Positions 12,701 through 25,509 of a stretch of 64,000 nucleotides of DNA are shown here, piece by piece. Origin of the DNA: Octopus bimaculoides (Eukaryota); assembly GCF_001194135.2 (NCBI RefSeq), contig NC_068997.1, positions 34,647,673 to 34,711,672 of the forward strand, read 5' to 3'. The number at the start of each line of letters is the position of its first letter. The stretch's first letter is position 1. The notes beneath the pieces were generated by a model. It was not told where the DNA came from. It was given only the letters and a program-made list of their open reading frames with translations, and searched no databases. The position numbers and the translations under genes were made by a program.

Positions 12701-14020
12701 ACTGCATTGAAGGGCCAGGGTTTTTCCGGCGAGGCTTGGGGGCGTGGCATCGGGAGTTTTTTGGGGGGGAGAGAATAGGGGTGGACGATGGAGCGGCTTG
12801 TGGTGTCTGGGCTTGGTGGGTTTTGGCCGGCGTGGAATCTGTGGAACTCCTCTTCTTTTTCCTTTTTTTAGAAGAGATTTTTGTCCACTGCATTTGTTGT
12901 GGAGGATCAGTAGTTCCTTCGGTTGCTGCTGTCTCTGCTATTGCCGCTGCTGCTGTTTTCAGTGGTTTACTCACTGTTACTACTGCTGCTGCTGCTGACT
13001 GCTTAGTAGCTGCCACCGCTGCCATGCTGGCTTGGTCGCTGCTACCACCTCTGCTGCTGCTTCTGCTGTCTTCGCTACTGCTGACAAGCGCTAGCTGCTA
13101 CTACTACTGCTGATGTTTTGGGGACGGCTACTGCTGACTACTTGCTAGCTGCTACTACTGCTGCTGTTTTGGTTGCGGCCGCCACCGAAGTCTTGCTTAC
13201 TATTATGTCTGTTTACTTAACGCTGGTACTGTTTGTTTGGTTGTTGCCGTGGCTGCTGTAGGGGGTGGGCAGAAAGTCCCATTTAAAACACCTCAACTTC
13301 CTTCCTTCCACCAGCACCTTCATGCTGACCCCTTCGTTGATTATAATCTGATTTGGCATCTCTTCAAAGTCTTCCGGTTTCACCCAATCATTTGCCTCTG
13401 GTGGAATTTCTTCCACTTTCATTTTTCGATGTCCGTTTTCCCAGACAAATGGTAAAGAGAACAATTTCAGATAACTTTAACGGCTCCGTTGAGTGCTTTC
13501 AAGCAATTTCCTCGCTTGGAAACTGTACCTCCACGGTAGCATGCTTTTTGCCTTTACCGACCTATGACGTTTCTCTCCATATCGACTGTAAACATTTTTC
13601 CACTTGCACGTTAGGTGCCGACATAATTCCTTTACGATAAAACTTTTATAAATAATGGTTCTCTGCCTAGCTGTGTGTAAGGCATCAATAGGCAGAGTTA
13701 GGACTACATTATTCCCGGCCTTCTTGCAAAGGCCTTGATACTTTACTAATCGAGAAATATCTACTTCAGCTGCCTTGGAACTGGCAGCTGTAACATGGGC
13801 GAGACTAATAGGTTTTTCCTTTGCTTTCTCATTTTCTAAATTACCAGACAGCGCTGGGAACTTTTCACTTGATAATTCAGAATCGTTCGATGATTCTGAC
13901 ACGTCTGTCATTATATCAAACAATATTTGTTCCATAATAATATTATTTTTTAAACAATCAATATTTTTAAAATAATTATTTTTGCTCCTTAGAAGGGAAA
14001 AAATACAATTATTCACCCTC
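9722..14020 (-). mobile_element. L1/Tx1-like LINE, nearly full length (ORF1, APE, RT); 3' end lost in the gap
   Basis: APE: GVYAP, LGDVN, SYLDR, SDRK, YWKLN (11478..11993). RT: RPITLLNVELKILAKVLAKRL, DQSKAFDRVDH, LSPLLY, YADD (10248..11066). LSLKGR motif (9912..10235). ORF1 pieces at 12414-14022 with a low-complexity linker. Confidence 0.9.
10248..11066 (-). pseudogene. Reverse transcriptase core ORF fragment (272 aa) of the L1/Tx1-like element
   Basis: RT motifs present, but flanked by frameshifts relative to the neighbouring ORF2 pieces. Confidence 0.85.
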
Positions 14021-14104
14021 AATAGGGGAAATATAACAGCAAAAGTTCAACAATAATAATTCCAACAGCAAAATAAACTGACGCCCAAAAAGTGAATGTT
14101 TATG

Positions 14105-14420
14105 TGTTGAAAAAATCCATGAATTTAATTGGCACCGAATGTATGGAGAAATTTAATTTATGGGATACACCCATAAACGCTTTGGGCAATACCGTAAATG
14201 ATCGAAGGAGATCGATGAACTGAAACAAAAAAAGTGATGTGGAACATCATGCGTAAACTACCAGTAACCTTGGAAGAAATAAAAAGAAATGCGAGAAATG
14301 ACAAATTTATTAATGAGACAAAAAGAAAACTGTGGTTGGCGAAAGGAAATAAAGAAGATTTTGATGTAAAGAACTATCAAGATGTGAACGAGTACTCTAC
14401 ATGTGATGGTGTACCCTCGG
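14105..14420 (+). mobile_element. Possible Ty3/Gypsy pol remnants
   Basis: NLIGTECMEKFNLWDTPINA and LPVTLEEIKRNARND...YSTCDGV resemble Gypsy pol segments from recall; short and degraded. Confidence 0.4.
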
Positions 14421-14869
14421 AGGGTGGTCATACCACAGACAGTACAGAAGAGAGTGCTATAGATACATACACACACACACACACACACACANNNNNNNNN
14501 NNNNNNNNNNNNNNNNNNNNNNNNNNNNNNNNNNNNNNNNNNNNNNNNNNNNNNNNNNNNNNNNNNNNNNNNNNNNNNNNNNNNNNNNNNNNNNNNNNNN
14601 NNNNNNNNNNGATAAAAATTCAAGGCTGTGAAAGATTTCAGGACATTTATAAATGTTCTGAAATCTTTCACAGCCTTGGATTTTTATCTCATTCTGCTCA
14701 TTTTTTATATATATGCTTGGTAATATATGACCTACGTTGGACTCCTCATTCGCGCATATTCACCGAACCTGGTGCTTAACTATAGTCTGTCCATAACACT
14801 AACTCAGCATTACCTGACACCTTTGGGTCTTCTTGATACCTAATGGTATCATAACCTCAATATATATAT

Positions 14870-14881
14870 ATATATATATAT

Positions 14882-14933
<52 letters not shown>

Positions 14934-14940
14934 AGGGAGA
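14870..14940. repeat. (TA)n(GA)n microsatellite
   Basis: Direct reading. Confidence 0.95.
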
Positions 14941-15439
14941 GAGTATCTGACGTTGCCCGAGACGACTTACATAACTCACAAGTTTTCAATACAGGATACA
15001 TGTATTATTTGAGCAAGAATATTTATATTCTTTGAAACATGGTTCAAAAATGTCTTATCTCTATCAGAAGCTAGGTATTTTATTTCCGGTTATTTGCTTT
15101 TCCATTTTGAACATTGATGTAACAGCTGTTGTTTTGTAAAGCAGTATACGAATGTGAAGACATATTTATCGGATTCCATGAACAGTAAATAATATGCTTC
15201 CAGAGACTTCATATTTAACACTTCCGGTATATATTTGCCTCACCTTCTCCAAGAATGTTGGAAAACGTGGCTTCAGATAAAAGCATTGTACTAGCAAAAG
15301 AAACTTACCGAACGAAAAAAAAAACCGTTGAGTAATGGTTGAATAAATAAAAATTGTTTCTTACGAAGAAAATTTCAGCTTCAAATTTCAAGTTTCAGTA
15401 TCGTTTGTCTCTTTTTCGGGTGGTCACTTAGATATTGAG

Positions 15440-16330
15440 TAACGGGGTTTTGTTAATATACAGCAGCGACCTTGTTGGCATACTTGCACATAATTGTAAT
15501 TGTCTTGGCGTAGTGACGTTAGTAAACTTCAAAATTCTTACTGCTTCACATTTTTATTTTAGATACAAATCCTCCATCTACAAAATTTCTCCAGAATAAT
15601 TGATATACACCTTCCCCAGTTTAATTTGCTATATGTTTCCTGAGATACATTTTGACACATTTATTATTTTCCAAGCAAGGAATAACTGTTCTTGGAGGCT
15701 CCTGTAGTCTATAAAAAACTGATCTTTTGATAACGTCAAAATGGGTTGGTCAGTTATAGGGCCTGGAAGCTGTGCTGATGTAATTGATTGAAGTAAATTT
15801 TGCATTTACTTTAACTAGATTCTAATGTATGCATGAGGAAAGGCTTCTTTTACGGCATTCTCTTGTGTGCAGATTGCATGTTGTAGACTCGAGGATGTCA
15901 TACTTTGTTATGAGTTGCATCGTTTTCATGATCCTATGTCAAAAGCCGCTGGCAAACAAATTCTGTCGATCATTTGCAGACGTCCCTGGATAAAGCTCTT
16001 CACTTATCTCTTTCCAAACAGAATTGTAGGCAAAGGTGCTCAAATGATTTAGTCTTCCATAAGTTCAGATACACGTCATAGCATTCTGAGGTGCCGTTGA
16101 CAAGTTGATTCCGGTAATTTGAGCTACTTTTTGGCTAGTGCCTTTTACTCAGTATGTTTTTAGTTTTACTTCGCTTACCTCTTCTTGTCTGATAATTAAC
16201 AGTTGATGTAATCAGGATTGAGGCATGTTTCATGCTTCTCGGTTACATTTTAAGTGCTCTACTTTTGTGCAAAGGCCTTCACTGTTGTCTTTCTGTTACT
16301 CGTCACCTGCTCCTTACATACCTGGGTTGG
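15440..16330 (-). mobile_element. Possible Helitron helicase relic
   Basis: Broken minus-strand translation (FFID..., GKVYINYSGEIL.DGG) loosely follows the PIF1-helicase Walker A region; very degraded. Confidence 0.3.
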
Positions 16331-16897
16331 AACTGATGTTCATTTGTTACCCCTCGCTTTCTCTGTTTTGTGACTTTACAGATTTGGGCAGCTGAACACT
16401 ACATATCGCTTCAAGTCATATCTTTATTTTCATTGCTAATATTTGTAAACAAGAATTCAAACTGGATGAAAGCGAAAATGCTACAAATAAAATATTTTTT
16501 TTAAATATCGACATAAAATATAGAATTAGATAAAGCAATATTGAATGGCTGCCCATGGAAAAAGAGGTATTTGAAAGACATAGTGGAGAGAAACGTGTCG
16601 CAAAAAAATTATGTTTTTACATATTGAAAAGGAAAAAAATATTTGTTGCTCATTCAACAGCAAAAACCGAGTACCACCTTCAAGAGTTTAGTCGAGTTTG
16701 GTACCTATTATATTACTTTCTTTGGTAGAGTCGCTAAGTTACGATGAGTAAACAAACCAACACCAGTTGTCAAGTGTTGTGGGGACAAACACAATAGCAC
16801 TCACTCACATGCACAAACACATACATGCATACACACACACACACTTATATATATATATATAAGTGTGTGTGNNNNNNNNNNNNNNNNNNNNNNNNNN

Positions 16898-16928
<31 letters not shown>

Positions 16929-16929
16929 T

Positions 16930-17705
16930 AAATGAAAGACGGAAGATGGAAGATACGAGAATTTTTGTTAATCATGATATTTGTCTCGACACATCTAGCA
17001 TCGATCCATCACGGGTGGGATACTTATCGACTGGTTAAGGAGCATCCGATGGTGCAGATGTAATAAATGAATATAATTCGTTAACATAACAGCTCTGAAA
17101 TGTATCTTCTGATTTCGTGTAAAGAAAAGCAGCAAAACAAAGGATATATCTTCATTTATATACAAGATCAAAAGTAAAATAACAGATACAAAAAAGAAAC
17201 GAACACACACTACAGCGAGAAAAGTTTCAAAAATAACCATTAACTGATAAGGATGCATACACACCCTCGCGCAAGCTCAATGGCACATGTACACTCGCTC
17301 ATACAAGCATCCGCGAAGATGAAAGCATACGCACATGTGTGGCTTGGTGCACACACGTTCATAGCGAATTAAATAGTTACTTGGTATTTATAAGAATGGG
17401 GAGGTTAACGCTAAACTTAATTTATCCATACCTGAAAGTAAATCATGTTTACAGTTACTCAAATTCATTCCCACTGCATTGTGCGAAAGTACATTTATAT
17501 GCGTGTAGGTATCTTGAGAGTATTTCAAAAATTCTATTAATGATCTTCTCGTTGTTCCACAGAATAGACAGTAATTCCTCGGAGTAGAGTCGGCGTCTCC
17601 TGGAAATGATATTGTCTGGTCTTGCACGCCTTACTATGGACCATGTTATGTTATACTTAATTTTATCTTCCCCCAAACGCCACACAAAATCGACCAAAAA
17701 ATGTT
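16930..17705 (-). mobile_element. Penelope-like element 3' fragment
   Basis: ORF 17455..17697 (VWRLGEDKIKYNITWSIVRRARP...EELL...NRIFEILSRYLH) matches the PLE endonuclease C-terminal pattern also seen at 63744-63950. Confidence 0.7.
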
Positions 17706-17711
17706 GAATGT

Positions 17712-18530
17712 CTGTTATTGATTCTCTTATTGATTATCTTTTACTCGTTTCAGCCATGCAGCTGCAGTCATGCTGGAGTACCACCGTGGTCTTCCTGATT
17801 TCCTTAGTCTGGGGTATTTCACAGCACCACTCCTGTATGTGCCTTTGGCCCACCTGCTGGCTCATTTGGTGTATAAGGTGAGTTTTATTTCGCTGCCCTC
17901 GTTTGCACCTCATGTGAAGCTGTTGATACATCCGGTATTGGAATAGATGGTACCTTTGGTACAATATAATGACGGCTGGTTCTGACATTTGCATAACACT
18001 CAATGCTAAAATTAGGTACTAACTCTTCTAGAGTTTTCCATTTGTAGATTATTACATATCCGTCACGCCTTCGCTCCAGGGAGTAAAGTTGCAGTTTTGT
18101 GAACATCTCCCCGTAGCTCATCCGCTGTACTGTTTCAATCTTCTCAGTGTAGTGACGTTGGACTGCTTCAAGCTCCACTGCTCGTTTGACAGTATGTGGT
18201 GACCATAACTTGGATCAGTAGTCCAGGCAGCTGAAAACAAAGGTTTTTCATAGGGTCAACATAGTTTCTTGGTCTCTTGTCATGAAAGACCTCAGTATCC
18301 ATCCAGCCAGTTGTCTACACTTTGCTGCCATGTCAGTAATGTGCATGTAAAATAATTCATCATTGCACATACTGATCCCCAAGTCTTTCACTGCCTGTGA
18401 CACTGGGATTGTAGAGACTTCGTTTCCTGTGTATGCAGGCTGTAGTGCATTGGTGAGTTGATATTGCAGTGCTTGAAATTTTCTACCATTAAACTACATG
18501 CTGATTACCTCGGCCCATTTGTATCACGAA
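17712..18530 (-). mobile_element. CR1-like LINE 3' fragment
   Basis: ORF 17885..18178 has LEAVQRHYT...LQLYSLERRR..Y.IIYKWK, the typical CR1 ORF2 C-terminus. Confidence 0.8.
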
Positions 18531-18746
18531 TTCAGGTCCCGCTGTAATCTTGCGATATCACGTTGCTTTTTTATTGTCTGATAATTTTGCATCATCGGCA
18601 TAGCAAGTATGATATCTAAAAGTAAGAGACAAGGATCCAGGTGCAGGAAGTTAATAAACTTCGAGCAGTAGAAGGTATAAAAAACAACTTTTAGAAACAA
18701 TACTGGTTTATTGGCGTAGTAGGTACTCGAATACCAGATTCTAAAC

Positions 18747-18793
18747 AAAACTGTCTGACGAACGGGAACGCGAAACTCTGAGTAACAGGTTTT
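18747..18793 (+). ncRNA. Minimal type I hammerhead ribozyme-like motif (PLE type)
   Basis: AAAACTGT-CTGACGA-A-CG-GGAA-CG-C-GAAA-CTC-T-GAG-TA|ACAGGTTTT: core, stem II, palindromic stem III, GUA triplet and stem I are all readable. Confidence 0.6.
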
Positions 18794-18820
18794 TTATATT
18801 TTTTTTGCTGCTTTTCAATA

Positions 18821-18864
<44 letters not shown>

Positions 18865-20154
18865 CGTGTTTTCACAGTTTCTGTCTATCCAGAAGTACTT
18901 TGAAATCTTTAGTAGAAATAATGAAAAAACTACATTCTTTCATAAAAAGATACGAAGTTGCAATTGTTCATTTCCATTTGTATTATTTCTGAACAATGAT
19001 GACCCTGTGACAAGTATCCCTATGGGGAAACCTTCTTTCTTCAAAGCCCACTTTTCATACCAGTCCCCACTGCACACATTCGGTAAATCTCTAGAGCTAT
19101 TTTTACCATCTGCTATCCTGCCATCCCCCCGGATGCAAATAACAGTAGCATGACCCGTGCTTTCCCAGTGTTGTTTTATGAAACGACAGAAACATTAGTT
19201 TCTCATTATGATCAATGATTATATTACTAAGTGAGCTTAATATTCGTGATGAATTCTCCATATGAAGAAGTGGAGCACTCAACTAGTACAACACACTCAA
19301 AACAATATATATGAGTGTGCGCACATGTTTCATATACTCAAAGCAAACGCAAAAGCCAAACTTGAACCGAATCATCTTGCAACATATAACATGAACCCTA
19401 AAATCCAATAGCTAAAATAATCTTCAAAAGATGTAGAAGGAATGTTATTAAGTCAGCTAAACACGTTGACCAACCTAAGGACCAGCTGGAGCTGTCCTGC
19501 ACGTTGTTTCAATATTGTTTTACTTTCATATTTAACATTTTGTCGCTTGTCAGTTTCTGTGATCTTTTTCACACCTACTCTCTGTCAACCAAGCTCCCAC
19601 TGCTAACAGAATGAAAGAAATCGGCAGTAAAGGCATCCACACTGAAGAAAACGGATTTCAGTTTATTTCATACATTCCTGGAAGAAGTGCCCTTCTAAGC
19701 AGCATAGTATTTGATGTGTTAAGATTTATAATCAGACAGTTACAAAAATGCATTCCTGTAACTTCTATTTCCTTTGAAATAATCTCCAGGTGATATAAAG
19801 AAATAAGTATAAAGCCTGGAAGTAAATAAATGCCCGTGACTCTTTAGACATCATAATATTCCATATATGTTCACACATTCACAAATATACATGCATACAT
19901 GCAAGTTAAAAACACGAAGACGTGTGTACAAAGAGGATACGCAGCCGTCAATAGAGCAGATATTTTATAAGTAACTCCATACAGAATATTTTTAAATGTC
20001 GGTGCTTCAGATAATTCTAAGACACACAAAATAGCCAATCATTAAAAAATACAACTGTCTGATGTGTTGGTGCTAAGAACTTATAAATCTTAAGAATCGA
20101 AAAATTCTATCTTTAGATTCCGTGATTTAAAGAGATCAGTTTCAACGAGTATAT

Positions 20155-20196
20155 TGTATGTATGTATTTAAGTATGTATGTATGTATGTTTGTATG

Positions 20197-20230
<34 letters not shown>

Positions 20231-20415
20231 TGTATGTATATATGTATATATGTATATATGTATGTGTATGCATACATACATACATACATACACACACTCA
20301 ACCTCCCCCATGAATATATATATATACACACACACAAACACACGAGAGGGAGAGAGGGAGAGAGGGAGATAAATATGTGTGTATTTATGTATGTATGTAT
20401 GCATGTATGTATGTG
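20155..20415. repeat. (TATG)n/(CATA)n/(GA)n microsatellite cluster
   Basis: Direct reading. Confidence 0.9.
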
Positions 20416-20749
20416 TGTATGTATGTACTACTTGTTTTATTTGTTTGTTTTTTTGAGACTCATTAAAGTTTTCCATCGCAGAATTCAAGACGGTCACTAA
20501 TGAGATGACAAAGCACGTTTGTTTGAGTTACAATACATTCTGGAATTTGCGGATACATGAATGAGTTAGTGTGTGCACGCACAATCGTGAATGTGGAGAT
20601 AAGCTTACACTCGAGTAATGAATGTTCATGTTTCTTTTAGTACGTAAGAGAATGTGTGTGTGTGTATGTTTCATTACTGTTACTGTGTGTATGTGTGTAT
20701 GCCATCTGCACATACGTGCGTATGTATATATGTTCATACTAGGTAACTT

Positions 20750-22975
20750 GTACTGAGGATCCCTGAACTGTTTTACAAATCTTAGCTGTACCTTTAATCG
20801 ACTGTGTTTGGTGGAAAGTAGTTTTGTTCTTTCTTAAAGAAATTCAGCATTTCTAGGTTTTAATGCAAATCTATTTTTACATAGCTTGGTGAAGCTGTTA
20901 TAATACGTACAAATGAAAATTTATAGCATGGATATATAAATGAGTTTCTCATTAGGTCACCATGTTTGTTCTCTTTTCACCTTCTTAATTTTAGATGAAA
21001 TATTCACATCTACTAACCAGTTGACCTCTACAACAGTGCTTTTATATTTGTTTCATCTACTATAAAACAATATTAAACTCATTGTGCTCGTACTGAGAAG
21101 AGACTTTCATGTTTATTTCATATTTTTAAGTGCATAGTTACACTCTGATTCAGTTGCGATTTTGATATGAACATCGTGACAACCTTTCCTGCGTATAATA
21201 TTGTTGATGGTTCTTGAAACAATATTATATCACATAGAAGATAACTATCATGCGGATATTTTGGGACAGATGATGATCATGTGGATGATATCTCCTGCGC
21301 TGGTATAATACAATTAACATTTTCTCTCTTGACGTGGAGGTTTAGAGACATCCTTATCTCTTTTATTAATTGGGTATTTAGAAGCTCTTTCCTGTTCTTT
21401 GATAAAAAGGTGTTTCTTTCTAGGTGAGATGCGAGATATCTTTCACGGGTATGAGGAGTACTTTTCCTGACAACGTTCTTTGTATCCTCTAACTTGCAGA
21501 GTATATCCAGAGTATATCTTGCTGATATCATGAATGTCTCTTCTCTAAGTTTCTGACAAAGGAGGTTTGTCCAGGTTCCCCTAGTTCACATGGAATACCT
21601 GTACACAGAGAGTATCTATTCAGGGGCTTTTCCCCTAATCCTATGTTATGACATTATTTTCTATTTTAAGTACACACAAGATGTATATATTTCTCCGTTT
21701 ACTATTCAGTAGGTGTTATTTAATTGATACTATGCGTTACTCAAAGGTCGTCTGGACTATCACTTCATTTAACATACATCCTGTCAGTGTCACTGTTAAT
21801 GATAAAGTTATCAATTTGACTAATATTTTTCTAACTTTAACGCCCAAGTTGCAAATTTTTTCAAGTTTTCAAAACATTTTTTTCAGCATTGATATTACAA
21901 AGAAGCGTTATAGTAATAGAATATTATATCATTAAATGCAGATAACTCTGACTTCTATACTTTTCGAAATCTACTGAAGCCTTCTTCTGTTCCTCTAGCT
22001 TAATACACATCAATATAGTGTTGTCAATTCCGAGATACTTGCAACATTGGGGAAATAAGGGAAACGGAAAGGCCATTGATATCCAAATTCTCGTTTGGTA
22101 AATAATCTTTATTCGAATGATTCCAAAGATAGATACTTAGCCCAGGTAGGATTCATTTCCATATCCTATGAGAATCCTGTGACCAGTGTAACACTCACTT
22201 TGTGTCGTGAATATTAGATGAATACAGTTTAAAGTTTTTCCGGGAAAAAAGGTATGGGTGACATTAATTTTTCACTCTTCTGCAGATCCTAACATATAGC
22301 CTTTGCATTTCCTCAACAGGGCTGACTATGTGTTCACTGCCATGATAGAAAGCATTCTAAACAAGCTATCACTCCGAAATATTCCTGATGACTATTTAAT
22401 TCTCTTAGTAGCTATAGTAGTAGATTCAATCCTTATCAATAGCTCTGTGGCCTATATTGTTGTTAGTGTCTTAATGGCATCGACTATAGCAGATGAGACT
22501 TTGGGAAAGTGTACTGACTCTAGTATCCATGAATGAGAAACTTAGTCAAATGTCTTCTTAAGGTCTAGCCTTATACTAAGAAGTCTTCGGTAGTGCTGCT
22601 TCACTTTCTTAAAGACAGTCTCATTGATGAGAAACTGTTCGGTATTGCCCCTGATAACCTACTTTCCATCTGCCTGCTCATCAGTCATCACGTTGTTTGT
22701 TTTAAGTTGATTCTGAGGAATACTTTCAAAGAACTTGTACATTCTTCATATATAACAAATAGTATGTTATGATTAGTTTTGGGCTATCTGTGCCTTTTGG
22801 TTCTTAAGTACGAATGTTGTTACCAGTTCTCTCCTAGATAATTTTCTCTTCGGTAATTTAGCAACAACTGTCAGAAGAGATTCCCTAGTGGTGTGATGTT
22901 ATTCAGTGGTGGCTTTTACACAGTATTCACTCCATTCTACTAGTATTCTTTCATATTCCGTTGTATGACGTTCTA
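20750..22975 (-). mobile_element. Old, 5'-truncated R4/Dong-like (RLE) LINE
   Basis: Broken minus-strand translation: LDLKKTFD*VSHSWIL, GIFRSDSL (RT), then REL-like VEVNCLVDVN...KYGDL and GTAKICKT terminus. Confidence 0.7.
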
Positions 22976-22984
22976 GCTATGATA

Positions 22985-22996
22985 TAATAATAATGA

Positions 22997-23073
<77 letters not shown>

Positions 23074-23109
23074 ATAATAATAATAATAATAATAATAATG
23101 ATAATAATA

Positions 23110-23171
<62 letters not shown>

Positions 23172-23180
23172 CATCATCAT
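22985..23180. repeat. (TAG)n(TAA)n microsatellite
   Basis: Direct reading; lies between two divergently oriented RLE LINEs. Confidence 0.95.
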
Positions 23181-23181
23181 A

Positions 23182-25105
23182 TGTAAACGTGGACCCTATG
23201 GTTGTAAGGATCAGTATGGTTGTAATGATCAGTTATTCATCAACAGGATCATCTTGGAAGTTTGTCACAAACACAGAACTTGTCAATAGCCTGGATAGAC
23301 TGTAGAAATCTTTTGATAGTCCACCACATAGTTGGATTAAGAAATGTCTGCAAATGTATAAAATAGCATCTACTCTGCGAAACTTTTTGTCTGTAAGTAT
23401 GAGATCATGGAGAACCACACTGACTTTGAACAGTGACAATGAAATTCTTAATGCTGGAGATGTAAGAATTTCATGTGGCATTTTCCAGGGTGATTCACTA
23501 TCACTACTCTTCTTTTATCTAGCCTTAATACTTCCCTCGAAATTGCTCAATGATGTACAGTACGGTTATAAAATGTTTGATAAAAATATAAATCATCTCA
23601 TTTACATGGATGATTTAAAGCTCTTTGCAAAAAAATTACCAACAACTCCAGGGCTTACTAGCGACTGTTAAACAATTCAGTGATGACACCAGGGTGCAAT
23701 TTGGCCTCGATAAGTGTGCAAAAGCTACCTTTATCAAAAACGACAAAAACATCTAACGTTAACCTAGACCAGCAGAATGTCATAAAGGAGTTAGAACCTG
23801 CGGAGAGCTACAAATACCTAGGGGTATTTGAAGGAGACGGAATCAAACATTCAGTGATAAAGGAAAGTATCAGAAGTGATGAGAGCTGAATGTCAGAAAG
23901 AGGATCGAAGCGATCAATACTTTAGCCATACCAGTCGTGACTTACAGTTTCTATATCATTAACTGGTCAATTACTGAAATATGTAAACTTGACAGAAAAA
24001 TACCAAAATTGTTGACAATGCATAGAATGCACCACCCTAAGGCAGATATAGAACGAATTTATCTGCCAAGAAAAGAGGGAGGCCGTGGACGTTTACAACT
24101 GGCATTAACAATGAAGATTTCCACAATTAGCCTAGACACCTATCTGAAAAACTCTGAGGACTGGATGCTAAAACTTGCCTCAGAATATGAAAACAAGAAA
24201 GCATCATACTCAGTAATAAAACAGGCAATGGAATATCTAAGTGAATTCCAAATACAAGAAACTCCAGAATTAGACGTCCTAGAAACAAGCAGAGAAAAAG
24301 CTAAGCGCATGAAAACCCGTGCTAAAACTGCTACCTTAGATATTCTTACTGATAAATGGCAAGAAAAACCTCTCAATGGCAAATACCTCAAAGAGAGCGA
24401 ATAATGCCGATACTGACAAAGCCCTTACCATCAATGGTTAATGGCTTCTGGCTTAAAATCAGAAACAGCCCAAGATCAATGCCTACCTACAAGAATCTAC
24501 CAGGCCAATATATTAAAGAACGGCAGCTTTCCAACATGTCGTGTATGTCAACAACAAAATGAAACCATTGATCACGTTGACTCCATGCGCGGTCTTCTTG
24601 CGTCTACAGAGTATCTCAACAAGCATGATAGTGCTGCACAGTATATTCACTGGGTAATTTACAAAAACCTGGATCTGCCCCATGATAAAAATTAGTGGGA
24701 ACACAAAACACCTCCAGTGCTTGACACTGATCACATCTCACTCCTCTGGAACTTTACCATTCCAACTGACAGAAAGATAGATGCAAATAGGCCAGACATT
24801 ATATTGAACGACTTCAGACGAAAATCATGCCTCCTCATTGATATAACTGTCCCAATCGATAGAAACGTATCTGTCAAGACCTACCAAAAAACTACCAAGT
24901 ATAAAGACCTTGAAATAGAAATTAGCAAAATGTGGAACCTGAAGACTAAAACAATACCTGTTGTCGCAGGTGCCTTAGGAATGATAGCAAAAGGGGCTGA
25001 TAGCTACCTAGCTCCGATACCAAGAAGCCCCAAAATGGCAGAAATTCAAAAGATAGTGCTCATGAGCACTGCCCATATCCTATGTAAAATACTGTCTATG
25101 TACAT
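23182..25105 (+). mobile_element. 5'-truncated R4/Dong-like LINE (RT, zinc knuckle, REL)
   Basis: GIFQGDSLS, YMDDLKLF, LPRKEGGRG, CRVC...ETIDH, and REL NRPDII...LLIDITVP...KYKDL (24717..25127). Confidence 0.9.
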
Positions 25106-25182
25106 TATTTACATTATTTACATTTGACGGATATTTGTCCTCATCTTGTTTGTTGTTAACACAACGTTTTGGCTGATATATA

Positions 25183-25255
25183 TAGTGGTTAAGAACGCGA
25201 GCTACTAACCCCATGATTCCGAGTTTGATTCTAGGCAGTGACCTGAATAATAATG

Positions 25256-25319
<64 letters not shown>
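25183..25319 (+). mobile_element. Short tRNA-like SINE head followed by an (AAT)n tail
   Basis: TAGTGGTTAAG (A box-like) and GAGTTTGATTC (degenerate B box), then a long AAT run. Confidence 0.55.
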
Positions 25320-25320
25320 G

Positions 25321-25509
25321 AGATTACACCGAGGACGTTTAACGAGATTACACCGGGGACGTATAACAGATTACACCGGGGACGTTTAACAGATTACACC
25401 GGGGACGTTTAAAACAGATTACACCGGGGACATTTAACCAGATTACACTGGGGACGTTTAACGAGATTACACCGGGGACGTTTAAGAGATTACACCGGGG
25501 ACGTTTAAC
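25321..25509 (+). repeat. Tandem array of 8 x 23-25 bp AGATTACACCGGGGACGTTTAAC
   Basis: Units counted directly; head-to-tail with no spacers. Confidence 0.95.

Noticed and set aside
16970-17040. Hammerhead remnant in the PLE 3' UTR (TCGATAA...GAGAC)
   Set aside because: The position is plausible, but both core strands are mutated; too degenerate to call.
25183-25245. Functional tRNA gene
   Set aside because: The B box is degenerate, no acceptor stem is evident, and an (AAT)n tail follows, so it is a SINE-type head.
25321-25509. CRISPR-like array
   Set aside because: Units are contiguous with no unique spacers, there are no cas genes, and the context is eukaryotic repeat DNA.
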